Below the pieces are notes generated by a model, which made no database searches, was not told the DNA's origin, and saw nothing but the letters and a program-made list of their open reading frames with translations. Made by a program: the position numbers and the translations under genes. A stretch of 64,000 nt of DNA, taken from assembly GCA_023246355.1 (NCBI GenBank), contig JAHFIQ010000002.1, positions 118,229-182,228 on the forward strand, given 5' to 3'. Positions 1-10,289 of this stretch are shown in pieces; within the stretch, counting starts at the first letter, position 1; each line of letters opens with the position of its first letter. The stretch comes from Candidatus Uhrbacteria bacterium (GTDB lineage: Bacteria; Patescibacteriota; Patescibacteriia; UBA9934; GWF2-40-263).

Positions 1-264
1 TCTCATGAGAAGAAAGAAGATCCACTGGATATCTGGGACGTGATGCCTGAGGCCAAAACCCAGTCAGAAACATGGGATCCAGACAATCTTTCTGAGGACG
101 AGATGGTTGAGCTGGAAAAGCAGTACGAGGAATTTGCCAAGAGAAACATCAAGGAAGCTATTGCGGAAACGCAGGTAAAGCAGCCAGAGGAACCAAAATC
201 ACAGGATGCGAAAAAAGATGAAGATTTTGGGGAAGAACAGTTCTATTTGGAGCCAGTTGAATAA
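1..264 (+). CDS. 3' part of a hypothetical acidic protein (gene begins upstream of window)
   Basis: Frame 1 is open from base 1 and in frame with track ORF 40..264; E/D/K-rich tail; no recognisable family. Confidence 0.35.
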   Translation, partial: SHEKKEDPLDIWDVMPEAKTQSETWDPDNLSEDEMVELEKQYEEFAKRNIKEAIAETQVKQPEEPKSQDAKKDEDFGEEQFYLEPVE

Positions 265-301
265 CGTCCACAGGCGTGTTCATAAGTGTTCTACCTAAGA
301 C

Positions 302-330
302 TTGCGCGAATTTAGCCCCTTTGTTATACT
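302..330 (+). promoter_or_regulatory. putative sigma70-type promoter upstream of tuf (TTGCGC-17nt-TATACT)
   Basis: hexamers at 302-307 and 325-330 with 17-nt spacer, 80 nt upstream of tuf ATG. Confidence 0.3.
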
Positions 331-410
331 TTCGCACGTCTTCAAAAAAGGAGGCTAAAAGGAAAAAACATAAATAATTTTGGGTAAAAATTGCCCTTAC
401 TTTCAATCGT

Positions 411-1604
411 ATGGCTGAAGTCTTTCAGCGCACCAAGCCGCACGTGAACGTTGGTACCATTGGTCACGTTGACCACGGGAAAACTACGACCACGGCCGCC
501 CTGCTCGCCGTTTTGAACGCGAAGGGCATGACCGCCCAGAAAAAGGGCGTCGATGATTTGGATAAAGCTCCTGAGTCCAAGGCACGTGGAATCACGATCG
601 CCACAGCTCACTGTGAGTATGAATCCGACAAGCGCCACTATGCGCACGTCGACTGTCCAGGTCACGCCGACTATATTAAAAACATGATCACCGGTGCCGC
701 CCAGATGGACGGAGCCATTTTGGTCGTGTCTGCCGCTGATGGTCCAATGCCTCAGACCCGCGAGCACATTTTGCTCGCTCGTCAGGTTGGTGTTCCAGCC
801 ATCGTGGTGTTTTTGAACAAAGTTGATCAGGTGGACGATCCAGAACTCATTGACTTGGTTGAAGAGGAAGTTCGCGATCTGCTCAAGAAATACGAATATC
901 CAGGGGACGAAGTACCAATCATTCGTGGCTCAGCTCTTAAGGCGCTTGAAAATCCAACAGACGAAGCAGCCACCAAGTGCATCATGGATTTGGTCAATGC
1001 TCTGGATACCTACATCCCGGAACCTGTTCGTCAGACCGACAAACCATTCCTCATGCCTATCGAGGACGTATTTTCCATCGAAGGTCGCGGAACCGTTGTC
1101 ACAGGTCGTATTGAGCGTGGCATGTGTAAGATCGGTGATGAATTGCAAATTGTTGGAATGCGCGAAGAGGCCATGAAAACGGTTGTGACAGGCATCGAGA
1201 TGTTTAACAAGCAACTCTCAGAAGGTCGAGCCGGAGACAATGCGGGAGTGCTGTTGCGCGGAACAAAGAAAGAAGAAGTCGAGCGCGGAATGGTGCTTGC
1301 ACTTCCTGGTTCCATTACTCCACACACCACGTTTGAGGCAGAAACGTATGCTCTGACGAAGGAGGAAGGTGGACGCCACAAGCCTTTCTTCAAAGGCTAC
1401 AAGCCACAGTTTTACATTCGCACCACAGATGTAACCGGTGAAGTGCAGTTGCCTGAGGGAACAGAAATGGTGATGCCAGGGGACACAGCCAACCTGACCA
1501 TTACGCTCATCCAACCCGTGGCTCTTGAGGAAAAGATGTCCTTTGCTATTCGCGAAGGAGGTCATACGGTTGGTGCTGGCGTGGTGACAAAAATTATCAA
1601 ATAA
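411..1604 (+). CDS. tuf: translation elongation factor Tu
   Basis: 397 aa; [10 protein letters not shown]-loop, [12 protein letters not shown] motifs; classic EF-Tu N- and C-termini. Confidence 0.97.
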   Translation: MAEVFQRTKPHVNVGTIGHVDHGKTTTTAALLAVLNAKGMTAQKKGVDDLDKAPESKARGITIATAHCEYESDKRHYAHVDCPGHADYIKNMITGAAQMDGAILVVSAADGPMPQTREHILLARQVGVPAIVVFLNKVDQVDDPELIDLVEEEVRDLLKKYEYPGDEVPIIRGSALKALENPTDEAATKCIMDLVNALDTYIPEPVRQTDKPFLMPIEDVFSIEGRGTVVTGRIERGMCKIGDELQIVGMREEAMKTVVTGIEMFNKQLSEGRAGDNAGVLLRGTKKEEVERGMVLALPGSITPHTTFEAETYALTKEEGGRHKPFFKGYKPQFYIRTTDVTGEVQLPEGTEMVMPGDTANLTITLIQPVALEEKMSFAIREGGHTVGAGVVTKIIK

Positions 1605-1610
1605 TCCATA

Positions 1611-1645
1611 GGAGCTCCGGCGTTGTTGTCGGGGCTCCTTATTCG
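1611..1645 (+). terminator. hairpin plus T-rich tract between tuf and rpsJ (terminator/attenuator-like)
   Basis: ggagctccgg...cggggctcc 9-bp stem with one G-U, followed by ttattcgttctttctttcc. Confidence 0.4.
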
Positions 1646-1661
1646 TTCTTTCTTTCCGCCT

Positions 1662-1991
1662 GTGACTGATCAGATCAAACCAGAAGAAAAGGCGCGCATC
1701 CGCATTAAGATTCGTGCCTACGATCACAAAATCATCGACTCGGCCACACAGACCATCATGAAGACGGCTGAACGGTCGGGGGCGGTGGTGATCGGCCCGG
1801 TCCCTCTTCCCACCGAGAAGCGGAAGTACACGGTGAATCGCTCGACGTTCGTGCACAAGGATTCTCGTGATCAGTATGAGATGCGTGTTCACAAGCGCAT
1901 CATCGATATTACGGATCCAACGGAGAAGACCATCGACTCGCTCATGAGTCTGAATCTTCCAGCGGGAGTCGATGTTGAAATCAAAACATAA
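1662..1991 (+). CDS. rpsJ: 30S ribosomal protein S10
   Basis: GTG start chosen at 1662 (track ORF starts at TTG 1623); [11 protein letters not shown]...[13 protein letters not shown] matches S10. Confidence 0.9.
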   Translation: MTDQIKPEEKARIRIKIRAYDHKIIDSATQTIMKTAERSGAVVIGPVPLPTEKRKYTVNRSTFVHKDSRDQYEMRVHKRIIDITDPTEKTIDSLMSLNLPAGVDVEIKT

Positions 1992-2148
1992 GGAGACGTT
2001 TGAACAAGGAAGAGAGATCTCGAGACTCTGGTCGCCGATCGGAGAAAACCTTCCTCGTGCTTTGAACGCCACCCTTTGGAGACGCGTATCCTCACAAATT
2101 ATTTTCCTCACGTCTGAGTTACGGTTACGGCCGTTTTCAATCATGAGG

Positions 2149-2191
2149 CTAGAAGTCAGCAAAGAATCAATGATTCTGTTCTGACTTCTAG
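2149..2191 (+). promoter_or_regulatory. 43-nt extended hairpin in an unusual 228-bp rpsJ-rplC spacer, followed by cttttctgc
   Basis: ctagaagtcag / ctgacttctag 11-bp arms with nested agaatca/tgattct arms; candidate attenuator or leader element. Confidence 0.4.
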
Positions 2192-2219
2192 CTTTTCTGC
2201 TAGGAAAAAGTTTCTTGTT

Positions 2220-2846
2220 ATGTCTTTCATCATTGGACGCAAAATTGAAATGACACAGAAGTTTAAGGACGACGGAACGGTCGTGCCTGTGACGTTGATT
2301 CGGGCTGAGCCAAATGTCGTGACTCAAGTCAAGACCCTTGCCTCTGACGGCTATGTCTCTGTGCAGGTTGGAACCGAAGTAGAAAAAGATCTCAACAAGC
2401 CCGAAGCAGGACATGTGAAGGATCTTCCTCTTGTGTCGCTCTTGCGTGAGTTTCGTGTGGACCCAGGGGAGATGAAACGTGGGGACCTCATGACCGTGGA
2501 AGCGTTTGCTCCTGGCGTTCATGTGGATGTCGTTGGAGTATCAAAAGGACGTGGATTTGCCGGTGTGGTGAAGCGACATCTGTTTCATGGAAAGCGCGCC
2601 ACACACGGAACCAAGGACCAGGAACGCATGCCAGGTTCCATTGCCTCTCAGCGCCAAGGAAAAGTCATCAAAGGACAGCGCATGGGCGGACACATGGGAA
2701 CCGATCGTGTCACGGTGAAAAATTTGGAAGTTATTGCGGTTGATGCAGCAGCTCAGGTGATCGCCCTCAAAGGCGCGATTCCTGGAGCGCGCGGAGGATT
2801 GGTTCTTATTAAGACTCGACCTGGAACGACTGTATGGCAAGTGTAG
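2220..2846 (+). CDS. rplC: 50S ribosomal protein L3
   Basis: 208 aa, MSFIIGRKIEMTQ... L3 family. Confidence 0.95.
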   Translation: MSFIIGRKIEMTQKFKDDGTVVPVTLIRAEPNVVTQVKTLASDGYVSVQVGTEVEKDLNKPEAGHVKDLPLVSLLREFRVDPGEMKRGDLMTVEAFAPGVHVDVVGVSKGRGFAGVVKRHLFHGKRATHGTKDQERMPGSIASQRQGKVIKGQRMGGHMGTDRVTVKNLEVIAVDAAAQVIALKGAIPGARGGLVLIKTRPGTTVWQV

Positions 2847-3469
2847 ATCTCTACTCCGCACAAGGTGAATCAAAAGGATCGTTTACCCTTCCCGATCGCT
2901 TGTTTGCTGTGGCCGTGAATCCTGCGCTCGTCCATCAAGCGGTTGTCACCCAGGGAGCAAATGCCAGGTCTTCGATTGCTCACACCAAAACACGTGGGGA
3001 GGTTCAAGGAACGACCAAGAAACCTTGGAAACAAAAAGGCACAGGACGTGCACGTCACGGTTCTCGTCGTTCTCCTATTTGGATTGGTGGTGGTATCACG
3101 TTTGGCCCTCGCTCTGAGCGAAACTTTTCGTTGAAAATGAACAAGCGTGCTCGTCAGAAAGCGCTTGCCATGGTGCTCAGCGATAAGGTGGCTCATGGGA
3201 AAGTCATTGCCATTGAGCAGCTCGCCCTTGAGCAAGGAAAAACCAAGTCTCTCACGAGCCTTCTCAAAAAGCTCCCGCTCACAGGACGAAAAACATTGGT
3301 CGTTTCTGAACCTGAGAACAAAGGCGTGGCCCTTGCTTCACGCAACGTTCGCGGTGTGCAGTCCATTCCTGCCAATGCTCTGAACGTGGTTGATCTGCTC
3401 AGTGTTGATCAGGTGATTTTCACTGTTCCAGCGGTTTCGCTTATCACCAATCTGTTTAAGCGTATCTAG
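2834..3469 (+). CDS. rplD: 50S ribosomal protein L4
   Basis: KKPWKQKGTGRARHGSRRSPIWIGGG motif; 13-nt overlap with rplC. Confidence 0.95.
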   Translation: MASVDLYSAQGESKGSFTLPDRLFAVAVNPALVHQAVVTQGANARSSIAHTKTRGEVQGTTKKPWKQKGTGRARHGSRRSPIWIGGGITFGPRSERNFSLKMNKRARQKALAMVLSDKVAHGKVIAIEQLALEQGKTKSLTSLLKKLPLTGRKTLVVSEPENKGVALASRNVRGVQSIPANALNVVDLLSVDQVIFTVPAVSLITNLFKRI

Positions 3470-3470
3470 T

Positions 3471-3866
3471 ATGGGAATTTTCAATCGATTTAAAAAGACG
3501 AAGCATGAACCTGAACAGGTTCAGGAACAGAAAGCTGCCTTGGTCACCAAAGCAGCCGAGGGTTCTATTTCCATGCAAAAGCGTTCAGCGTCGAATGTCA
3601 TTGTTCGTCCACTGGTTACGGAGAAATCCGCGGGTCTTGCCGGAAGCAATACATACGTCTTTGTTGTTGATACGCGAGCCAATCGCATCCAAGTGCGTAG
3701 TGCCATCAAACAGATGTATGGCATCACGCCTTTGCGTGTGAACATCCAAAACGTTCCAGGTAAGTGGGTGCGTTTTGGTCGTTCCCAGGGGAAACGAAGT
3801 GACTGGAAGAAGGCCTTGGTGACGCTGCCTGAGGGCAAGACCATTAACGTCCACGAAGGAGTTTAA
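3471..3866 (+). CDS. rplW: 50S ribosomal protein L23 (with ~35-aa N-terminal extension; alternative start ATG 3573)
   Basis: core [11 protein letters not shown]...NIQNVPGK matches L23; ATG 2 nt after rplD stop. Confidence 0.88.
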   Translation: MGIFNRFKKTKHEPEQVQEQKAALVTKAAEGSISMQKRSASNVIVRPLVTEKSAGLAGSNTYVFVVDTRANRIQVRSAIKQMYGITPLRVNIQNVPGKWVRFGRSQGKRSDWKKALVTLPEGKTINVHEGV

Positions 3867-3867
3867 T

Positions 3868-4713
3868 ATGGGAGTCAAACACTACAGACCAACAACCAAT
3901 GGTAGACGCATTTCCAGTGTGGACGATTTTTCTGATGTCACGAAGTTTTCACCAGAAAAGAAGTTGACGATCAACAAGAAAAAGTTTGCGGGTCGCACCA
4001 AGGGAAAAATTACGGTTCGTCATCATGGTGGTGGAGCTCGTCAACGCATCCGATTGATTGATTCTCGTCGTGAGAAGTTTGACGTACCGGCTTCTGTGGT
4101 CGCGATTGAATACGATCCAAACCGCGGTGCACGCTTGGCCTTGCTGCACTACGCCGATGGAGAAAAGCGCTACATCATTGCTCCGGTTGGATTGAACGTG
4201 GGAGCGACCATCGTTTCCTCAACCAAAAAAGGCGAGATCCAAACAGGGAATCGTTTTCAGCTCCAGCACATGCCCGTTGGTATGCAGGTCTACGATATTG
4301 AACTCAAACCTGGCAAAGGTGGACAGATGGTTCGTGGAGCTGGGACAACCGCTCAGTTGATGGCCGTAGAAGGCGCGTATGCAACTCTCAAACTTCCTTC
4401 AGGCGAAATTCGCATGGTGGCAAAAGAGTGCATGGCAACGCTTGGAACAGCATCCAACCCAGATCGACGTCTCATCCGTTGGGGCAAGGCTGGACGCATG
4501 CGCCATCGGGGGATCCGTCCGACGGTCCGAGGAAAAGTCATGAACCCCGTTGATCACCCGCATGGTGGTGGTGAAGGCAGAAATCCGATTGGACTCAAGC
4601 GCCCCAAGACGCCAACCGGAAAGCCAGCGCTGGGCGTGAAGACGCGCAAACGTCAGGCATCGGACTCTTTGATCGTTTCACGCCGTAAGCGTGGGCGATT
4701 TGTCGGAAGTTAA
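3868..4713 (+). CDS. rplB: 50S ribosomal protein L2
   Basis: 281 aa; GRNxxGxITxRHxGGGxK and HPHGGGEG motifs. Confidence 0.97.
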   Translation: MGVKHYRPTTNGRRISSVDDFSDVTKFSPEKKLTINKKKFAGRTKGKITVRHHGGGARQRIRLIDSRREKFDVPASVVAIEYDPNRGARLALLHYADGEKRYIIAPVGLNVGATIVSSTKKGEIQTGNRFQLQHMPVGMQVYDIELKPGKGGQMVRGAGTTAQLMAVEGAYATLKLPSGEIRMVAKECMATLGTASNPDRRLIRWGKAGRMRHRGIRPTVRGKVMNPVDHPHGGGEGRNPIGLKRPKTPTGKPALGVKTRKRQASDSLIVSRRKRGRFVGS

Positions 4714-4717
4714 TTGT

Positions 4718-5044
4718 ATGGCACGAAGTCTCAAAAAAGGACCCTACGTTCACCCCAAACTCTTAAAAAAACTCCTCACACGCAAACCTGGTGTGGGCGG
4801 GCCAATTAAGACGTGGGCGCGTTCTTCCACGATCACACCAGAAATGGTTGGATTCATTTTCGCGGTGCACAATGGCCGCGATTTCATCCAAGTGCGCGTG
4901 GTTGAAAATATGGTAGGTCACAAGCTGGGCGAGTTTTCTCCGACACGAAAGTTTGTGAAGCACGGTGGAACAACCAAGGCAACAGAAGAGGGTGGAACAC
5001 CTGCCGCGGCTCCAGCCTCAGCACCAAAAGCAGGAAAAAAATAA
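4718..5044 (+). CDS. rpsS: 30S ribosomal protein S19 (C-terminal Ala/Pro/Lys-rich extension)
   Basis: [18 protein letters not shown] start at ATG 4718; track ORF 4691 begins inside rplB. Confidence 0.93.
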   Translation: MARSLKKGPYVHPKLLKKLLTRKPGVGGPIKTWARSSTITPEMVGFIFAVHNGRDFIQVRVVENMVGHKLGEFSPTRKFVKHGGTTKATEEGGTPAAAPASAPKAGKK

Positions 5045-5050
5045 TCTCCT

Positions 5051-5443
5051 ATGGAAGTTCAAGCATCTGCACGCTATATCCGCATGTCTCCGACCAAAGT
5101 TCGGTTGGTGATTGATATTGTCCGCGGATTGAAAGTGCGCGACGCTCAGGCTCAACTGGCGTTCATGAAAAAAGCCGCGGCGGAACCAGTCTTGAAACTG
5201 CTCAATTCTGCCATCGCGAATGCCTCGCATAATTTTCAGATGGAGAAAGAATCTCTGTACATCAAATCGATTGTCGCCGATGGCGGGCCAATGCTTGGAC
5301 GCTTTCGAGCTCGTGCCATGGGTCGGGCCGCTCCGATCCGAAAGCGCAGCTCACACATTTCCATTGTTTTGGATGATGTGAAGAATCGTCAAAAGGCACG
5401 ATCGAAGAAGACTAACGAATCGCTCAAAACGCAAAAGGCTTAA
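5051..5443 (+). CDS. rplV: 50S ribosomal protein L22
   Basis: MEVQASARYIRMSPTKVRLV... L22 family. Confidence 0.95.
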   Translation: MEVQASARYIRMSPTKVRLVIDIVRGLKVRDAQAQLAFMKKAAAEPVLKLLNSAIANASHNFQMEKESLYIKSIVADGGPMLGRFRARAMGRAAPIRKRSSHISIVLDDVKNRQKARSKKTNESLKTQKA

Positions 5444-5451
5444 CGTAAGGT

Positions 5452-6096
5452 ATGGGAAATAAGGTAAACCCAATTGGATTCCGTGTTGGTGTCATCCGTG
5501 GATGGGATGGTGTTTGGTTTGCCAACCGCCAGCAGTTCAAAAACTTCTTGAAAGAAGATGTGGCGATCCGCGACTATCTGAAGAAGTTACTGAAAGAAGC
5601 CCTGGTTGATCGGATTGAAATTGAGCGTTCACGTCAGGAAATTCGTTTGATGATTTACTCAGCCAAGCCTGGTATTATCATCGGCCGTGGCGGTGCAGGG
5701 ATTGAAGATCTTACCAAGAAGCTCAAAACAACGTTTTTCCCTGGACGACGGGTGAAGATGAGCTTGAACGTCAAGGAAATCCAAAAACCGTCATTGTCTG
5801 CGCAGGTGATAGGCCAGCAAATCGCTGCGGATATTGAGAAGCGCATGCCGTTTCGACGTGTCATGAAGATGGCGATCGAGCGTGCCAAGAAAGCCGGAGC
5901 GCTCGGAGTCAAGGTCACCATCAGCGGACGATTGAATGGGTCGGATATTGCTCGCCGTGAAACGATTGCCGACGGCAAGATCCCTTTGCACAACCTGCGA
6001 TCAGATATCGATTTTGCACCGGTGAAGGCCCAAACGATTTGGGGTTCGATCGGGGTAAAGGTCTGGATCAATCGTGGGGAAATTTTTGAAAGCTAG
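5452..6096 (+). CDS. rpsC: 30S ribosomal protein S3
   Basis: [13 protein letters not shown]... KH domain; 214 aa. Confidence 0.95.
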   Translation: MGNKVNPIGFRVGVIRGWDGVWFANRQQFKNFLKEDVAIRDYLKKLLKEALVDRIEIERSRQEIRLMIYSAKPGIIIGRGGAGIEDLTKKLKTTFFPGRRVKMSLNVKEIQKPSLSAQVIGQQIAADIEKRMPFRRVMKMAIERAKKAGALGVKVTISGRLNGSDIARRETIADGKIPLHNLRSDIDFAPVKAQTIWGSIGVKVWINRGEIFES

Positions 6097-6097
6097 T

Positions 6098-6517
6098 ATG
6101 TTGATGCCAAAGAAAGTCAAACATCGCAAGTGGCACAAAGGTCGCCGTTTGGGACGAAGAATCGCTACCACCAAGACTACACTCGCCTTTGGCAGTTTCG
6201 GATTGAAAGCCACCACCGAATCGTGGATCACTTCACGACAAATTGAAGCGGCTCGCCGTGCCATGACACGTGCCGTGGCTCGTGGGGGAAAAATCTGGAT
6301 TCGTATTTTCCCAGACAAGCCTGTGACGACCAAAGGGTCGGAAATGCCGATGGGAAAAGGAAAAGGCGCGGTGGATCATTATGTGGCGATTGTGCGGCCT
6401 GGAACCATCATGTTTGAAATGGGTGGTGTGGATGAGTCGCTCGCCAGGTCTGCTCTTACCCTGGCTTCTCACAAACTTCCGGTCATCACAAAAATTGTGA
6501 CCCGCGAGGTGATGTAA
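6098..6517 (+). CDS. rplP: 50S ribosomal protein L16
   Basis: [16 protein letters not shown]; ATG 6098 immediately after rpsC stop. Confidence 0.94.
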   Translation: MLMPKKVKHRKWHKGRRLGRRIATTKTTLAFGSFGLKATTESWITSRQIEAARRAMTRAVARGGKIWIRIFPDKPVTTKGSEMPMGKGKGAVDHYVAIVRPGTIMFEMGGVDESLARSALTLASHKLPVITKIVTREVM

Positions 6518-6521
6518 CCCT

Positions 6522-6725
6522 ATGGATACAAAAGCTCTCCGATCTAAATCAACCGAGGCTCTTCAAACAGAGCTCTCAGAAGCACAGACACACCTGAAGT
6601 CTCTGGATTTTAAGCTCGCTGCCAACCAATTAAAAAACGTGCGTGAAAGTCGAAAAACGAAGCAGCTCATCGCGCGTCTGCAAACGCTGATCAACGAAAA
6701 ACATCTTGTACAACCATCGGTATGA
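6522..6725 (+). CDS. rpmC: 50S ribosomal protein L29
   Basis: 67 aa coiled protein; position between L16 and S17. Confidence 0.9.
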   Translation: MDTKALRSKSTEALQTELSEAQTHLKSLDFKLAANQLKNVRESRKTKQLIARLQTLINEKHLVQPSV

Positions 6726-6976
6726 CCGCTACATCTATTCATCGAACATTTACCGGAGTCGTCGTGTCGGCCAAAATGGCCAAGACGCTTGTTGTGCGTG
6801 TTGAGCGTACGGTGGTTCATCCCAAGTATGGTAAGCGCTATGTGCGATCCAACAAGTTTCATGTCCACGATGAAGCTGGTACACATAAGGAAGGAGACAC
6901 CGTCACCTTTCGTGCCTGCCGACCGATTTCTAAGACCAAATGTTGGAGAGTGTTAACGAGCCAGGCAAAGAACTAA
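6722..6976 (+). CDS. rpsQ: 30S ribosomal protein S17
   Basis: [18 protein letters not shown]...HPKYGK OB fold; ATGA overlap with rpmC. Confidence 0.92.
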   Translation: MTATSIHRTFTGVVVSAKMAKTLVVRVERTVVHPKYGKRYVRSNKFHVHDEAGTHKEGDTVTFRACRPISKTKCWRVLTSQAKN

Positions 6977-6977
6977 T

Positions 6978-7349
6978 ATGGTGCAGCTCAGATCCATGAT
7001 CAAAGTCGCCGATAATACCGGAGCCCGCAAATTGCAGGTCATTCGTGTGATTGGTGGATATCAGCAGCGTTACGCCTACATTGGCGACATTGTGACCGCC
7101 GCCGTGAAGGAAGCGGTTCCACATGGTACGGTCAAGAAGAGTGATGTGGTCACCGCCGTGATGGTTCGTGCGCGTAAAGAGATTCGTCGCCCTGACGGGA
7201 CGTACATTCGCTTTGATGAAAATGCGGCTGTGATTATTGATTCCAAGACGAAAGAGCCAAAGGGCACGCGCATTTTTGGACCTGTGGCACGTGAATTGCG
7301 CGGCCTGGGTTTCACCAAAATTATTTCTCTGGCTCCAGAAGTCCTCTAG
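6978..7349 (+). CDS. rplN: 50S ribosomal protein L14
   Basis: [18 protein letters not shown]. Confidence 0.95.
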   Translation: MVQLRSMIKVADNTGARKLQVIRVIGGYQQRYAYIGDIVTAAVKEAVPHGTVKKSDVVTAVMVRARKEIRRPDGTYIRFDENAAVIIDSKTKEPKGTRIFGPVARELRGLGFTKIISLAPEVL

Positions 7350-7350
7350 T

Positions 7351-7674
7351 ATGAAAATCAAGACTGGCGACAACGTCCGTGTCCGCACGGGCAAAGACAA
7401 AGGTAAACAAGGAACCATCCTTCAGGTGTTTCCTCATCTTGAACGTGTCGTCGTTGAAGGGGTGAACAAGATGACCAAACATCTGCGTAAAACCGGGCAA
7501 CGGGCTGGACAGAAAATTGAGTTTTCTTCCCCGATTCACGTCTCCAACGTAGAACTTGTTTCTCCAAAAAGTGGAACGGCTGGTCGTGTGGCGTACAAGC
7601 TGATTGAGCAGGACGGAACAAAGAAGAAGATTCGTGTGATTCGTAAAAAAGGCGAAACCGAGGATATCGAATAA
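7351..7674 (+). CDS. rplX: 50S ribosomal protein L24
   Basis: MKIKTGDNVRVRTGKDKGKQG; start at ATG 7351 (track ORF 7237 starts inside rplN). Confidence 0.92.
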   Translation: MKIKTGDNVRVRTGKDKGKQGTILQVFPHLERVVVEGVNKMTKHLRKTGQRAGQKIEFSSPIHVSNVELVSPKSGTAGRVAYKLIEQDGTKKKIRVIRKKGETEDIE

Positions 7675-7678
7675 CGGT

Positions 7679-8221
7679 ATGTCATTCCAAACTTTCTACA
7701 AAAAAGACGTCGCTCCAAAACTCATTACAGAGTTTGGTTTCAAGAACGTCCATGCGGTTCCCACGGTGAAGGCGATAACGCTCAACGTGGGACTTGGTCC
7801 GGGTCTGAAAGACGCGAAGTTTTTGGAAACAGCCGAGAAAACGCTGATCCGCATCTCAGGTCAAAAGCCGGTGATGACCAAATCACGCAAGTCCATTGCT
7901 GGGTTCAAGATTCGTGAAGGACTGGTCGTTGGCATGAAAGTCACCCTGCGCGGAAAGCGCATGTGGGATTTTCTGGAAAAACTTATTCGTGTTTCCTTGC
8001 CACGCATACGCGATTTTCGTGGGCTCTCGCCGGATGCCTTCGATGGACAAGGAAATTACTCAATCGGCTTCAAAGAGCACATGGCTTTCCCTGAGATTCG
8101 CAGCGACGAGATTGAGCTCATTCACGGATTGCAAGTCACGATTGCGACCTCCGCCGGATCCGATCCTATCGCGCGATCGCTGCTTAAACACTTAGGGATG
8201 CCACTGCGAACGGAAAACTAA
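7679..8221 (+). CDS. rplE: 50S ribosomal protein L5
   Basis: 180 aa L5 family. Confidence 0.95.
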   Translation: MSFQTFYKKDVAPKLITEFGFKNVHAVPTVKAITLNVGLGPGLKDAKFLETAEKTLIRISGQKPVMTKSRKSIAGFKIREGLVVGMKVTLRGKRMWDFLEKLIRVSLPRIRDFRGLSPDAFDGQGNYSIGFKEHMAFPEIRSDEIELIHGLQVTIATSAGSDPIARSLLKHLGMPLRTEN

Positions 8222-8222
8222 T

Positions 8223-8408
8223 ATGGCCACCGAGAACCAAATTGCCAAATCAAAAAAACGACCCAAGTTTTCCACACGTGTGGTCCACCGTTGTTGGCGT
8301 TGTGGACGCTCTCGTGCCTATATGAGAGTGTTCGGCATCTGTCGTATCTGTTTCCGCGAGCTGGCCAACCGTGGTGAGATTCCAGGCGTAAAAAAATCAA
8401 GCTGGTAA
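8223..8408 (+). CDS. rpsN: 30S ribosomal protein S14 type Z (zinc-binding)
   Basis: 61 aa with [10 protein letters not shown]...CRICFRE Cys4 motif. Confidence 0.92.
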   Translation: MATENQIAKSKKRPKFSTRVVHRCWRCGRSRAYMRVFGICRICFRELANRGEIPGVKKSSW

Positions 8409-8410
8409 TT

Positions 8411-8803
8411 ATGATCACCGATCCAATCTCCGATTTTCTTACACGTATTCGCAATGCTCAGTTGGTGCATCTTCCTGAGATTGTTTTGCCATATTCAAAA
8501 ATCAAATTTGCGATTGCGAAAATTCTTGAGAAAGAAGGGTACGTCGGACGTGTTGAGAAAATCGAGCAAGCAAAGATGCCCTCTCTTCGCGTTGAGTTGT
8601 GTTATCCCTCTGGTCAACCAAGGATACAGATGATTTCACGAGTGAGCCGACCCAGCCGGCGTGTATACGCCAAGTCAACGGAGCTGCCACGCGTGCTTTC
8701 TGATTTTGGCATCGCGATTATTTCAACCCCAAACGGCATGATGACGAATAAAGAAGCCCGAGCGCGTCACTTGGGCGGGGAAGTCATTTGCGAAGTTTCC
8801 TAA
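8411..8803 (+). CDS. rpsH: 30S ribosomal protein S8
   Basis: MITDPISDFLTRIRNA. Confidence 0.95.
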   Translation: MITDPISDFLTRIRNAQLVHLPEIVLPYSKIKFAIAKILEKEGYVGRVEKIEQAKMPSLRVELCYPSGQPRIQMISRVSRPSRRVYAKSTELPRVLSDFGIAIISTPNGMMTNKEARARHLGGEVICEVS

Positions 8804-8804
8804 T

Positions 8805-9368
8805 ATGTCTCGTGTTGGAAAAAAACCCATTCTGATTCCTACCGGTGTTGAGGTAAGCATTCAGGATCAAACCGTGAACGTCAAAGGTCCAAAAGGATCG
8901 CTCTTCACGAGCGTGAATGCCATTGTGACGCCAGTCCTTTCTGAGACTCCCGAAGGCAAAGTCGTTGTCTTTCAGGTTGACGAAACCATGGTCGACGATG
9001 CAAACACCCGAGCTCAATGGGGAACCGCACGCGCCAACGTCGCCAATCTTGTCAAAGGAGTGACGGAGGGATTCATGAAAAAACTAGAGGTCAACGGTGT
9101 GGGTTTTCGCGTGAATGTTTCAGGTCGTACGATTGTGCTGACCGTCGGGTTCTCCCATGACGTGAAGGTCCCCCTGCCTGAGGGTGTGACGGCGACGGTT
9201 GAGGGGAACCTCATCACGATCACAGGAGCTGACAAACATTTGGTGGGTGAATTTGCTGATCGTGTCCGTTCGATTAAAAAGCCTGAGCCCTACAAGGGGA
9301 AAGGGATCAAGTACACTGATGAAGTGATTCGTCGAAAAGCTGGTAAGACCCAAAAGGCAGGAGCCTAA
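8805..9368 (+). CDS. rplF: 50S ribosomal protein L6
   Basis: MSRVGKKPILIPTGVEV. Confidence 0.95.
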   Translation: MSRVGKKPILIPTGVEVSIQDQTVNVKGPKGSLFTSVNAIVTPVLSETPEGKVVVFQVDETMVDDANTRAQWGTARANVANLVKGVTEGFMKKLEVNGVGFRVNVSGRTIVLTVGFSHDVKVPLPEGVTATVEGNLITITGADKHLVGEFADRVRSIKKPEPYKGKGIKYTDEVIRRKAGKTQKAGA

Positions 9369-9371
9369 TCT

Positions 9372-9728
9372 ATGAGTGGCAACATCAAACAAAAACGCGC
9401 ACACGCGGCTCTGAGAGCCCATCGAACCCGTTCACGTATTCGTGGCACGGCTGAGTGTCCGCGTCTGACCGTCAAGCGCAGCTTGAAGCATATCTATGCC
9501 CAACTCATTGACGATGCCAAAGGAGTGACTTTGGCTGCTGCGTCAGACACAACCGTGAAAGCGACGGGTAAACCGGTTGAAGTCGCACAGGCGGTTGGAG
9601 CGTCTTTGGCAGACCAGGCAAAAGCGAAAGGGTTGTCTTGTGCGGTGTTCGATCGAGGCAGTTACCGGTATCATGGTCGTGTAGCTGCGATTGCACAGGG
9701 CGCTCGAGAGGGAGGACTCACTATTTAA
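9372..9728 (+). CDS. rplR: 50S ribosomal protein L18
   Basis: 118 aa L18 family. Confidence 0.93.
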   Translation: MSGNIKQKRAHAALRAHRTRSRIRGTAECPRLTVKRSLKHIYAQLIDDAKGVTLAAASDTTVKATGKPVEVAQAVGASLADQAKAKGLSCAVFDRGSYRYHGRVAAIAQGAREGGLTI

Positions 9729-9729
9729 T

Positions 9730-10272
9730 ATGCCAGACCAAAAATTACAAACAAAATCCGGCCGCGGAGGTGGAAAACAAGGAGGAGAGGACGCGCGAGG
9801 ACGTGGTCGCGGACGTGGTCGCAAGAATGAAGAGCGTGCTCCTCGTGAATTTGAGCAAAAGATTTTGGATTTGGCTCGTGTGACTCGTGTGACCGCTGGA
9901 GGGAAACGTATGTCGTTTCGTTGCGCCCTTATTATCGGTGACAAAAAAGGCCGCGTAGGACTGGGTGTTGCCAAGGGGGCGGATGTCCAGATCGCGATTG
10001 AGAAGGCCTACAAGCAGGCAAAGAAAGATGTGCTGGTCGTGCCGATCGTTGATCAAACGCTTCCTCATCCCATCACCGTAAAGTTAGGTTCTGCCATGAT
10101 TATCTTGAAGCCTGCACCTTCTGGTACAGGACTCAAGAGCGGTGGTGCCATGCGTATGGTTCTGGAATTTGCCGGTGTGCCAAATGCGGTTTCAAAAATT
10201 ATCAATTCAAGCAATAAAATAAACATCGCGCAGGCCACACTGGAAGCCATTCGTCGACTGCAGATGGCCTAA
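9730..10272 (+). CDS. rpsE: 30S ribosomal protein S5 (Arg/Gly-rich N-terminal extension)
   Basis: ATG 9730 right after rplR stop; dsRBD-like and S5 C-domain motifs (GRRFRFTALVVVGD-type). Confidence 0.93.
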   Translation: MPDQKLQTKSGRGGGKQGGEDARGRGRGRGRKNEERAPREFEQKILDLARVTRVTAGGKRMSFRCALIIGDKKGRVGLGVAKGADVQIAIEKAYKQAKKDVLVVPIVDQTLPHPITVKLGSAMIILKPAPSGTGLKSGGAMRMVLEFAGVPNAVSKIINSSNKINIAQATLEAIRRLQMA

Positions 10273-10289
10273 GTTCCTGTTCACCCTCT

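Noticed and set aside
1218-2522. 434-aa minus-strand ORF spanning tuf/rpsJ/rplC
   Set aside because: Antisense to highly conserved ribosomal genes and crosses intergenic spacers; composition is R/S/H-rich junk
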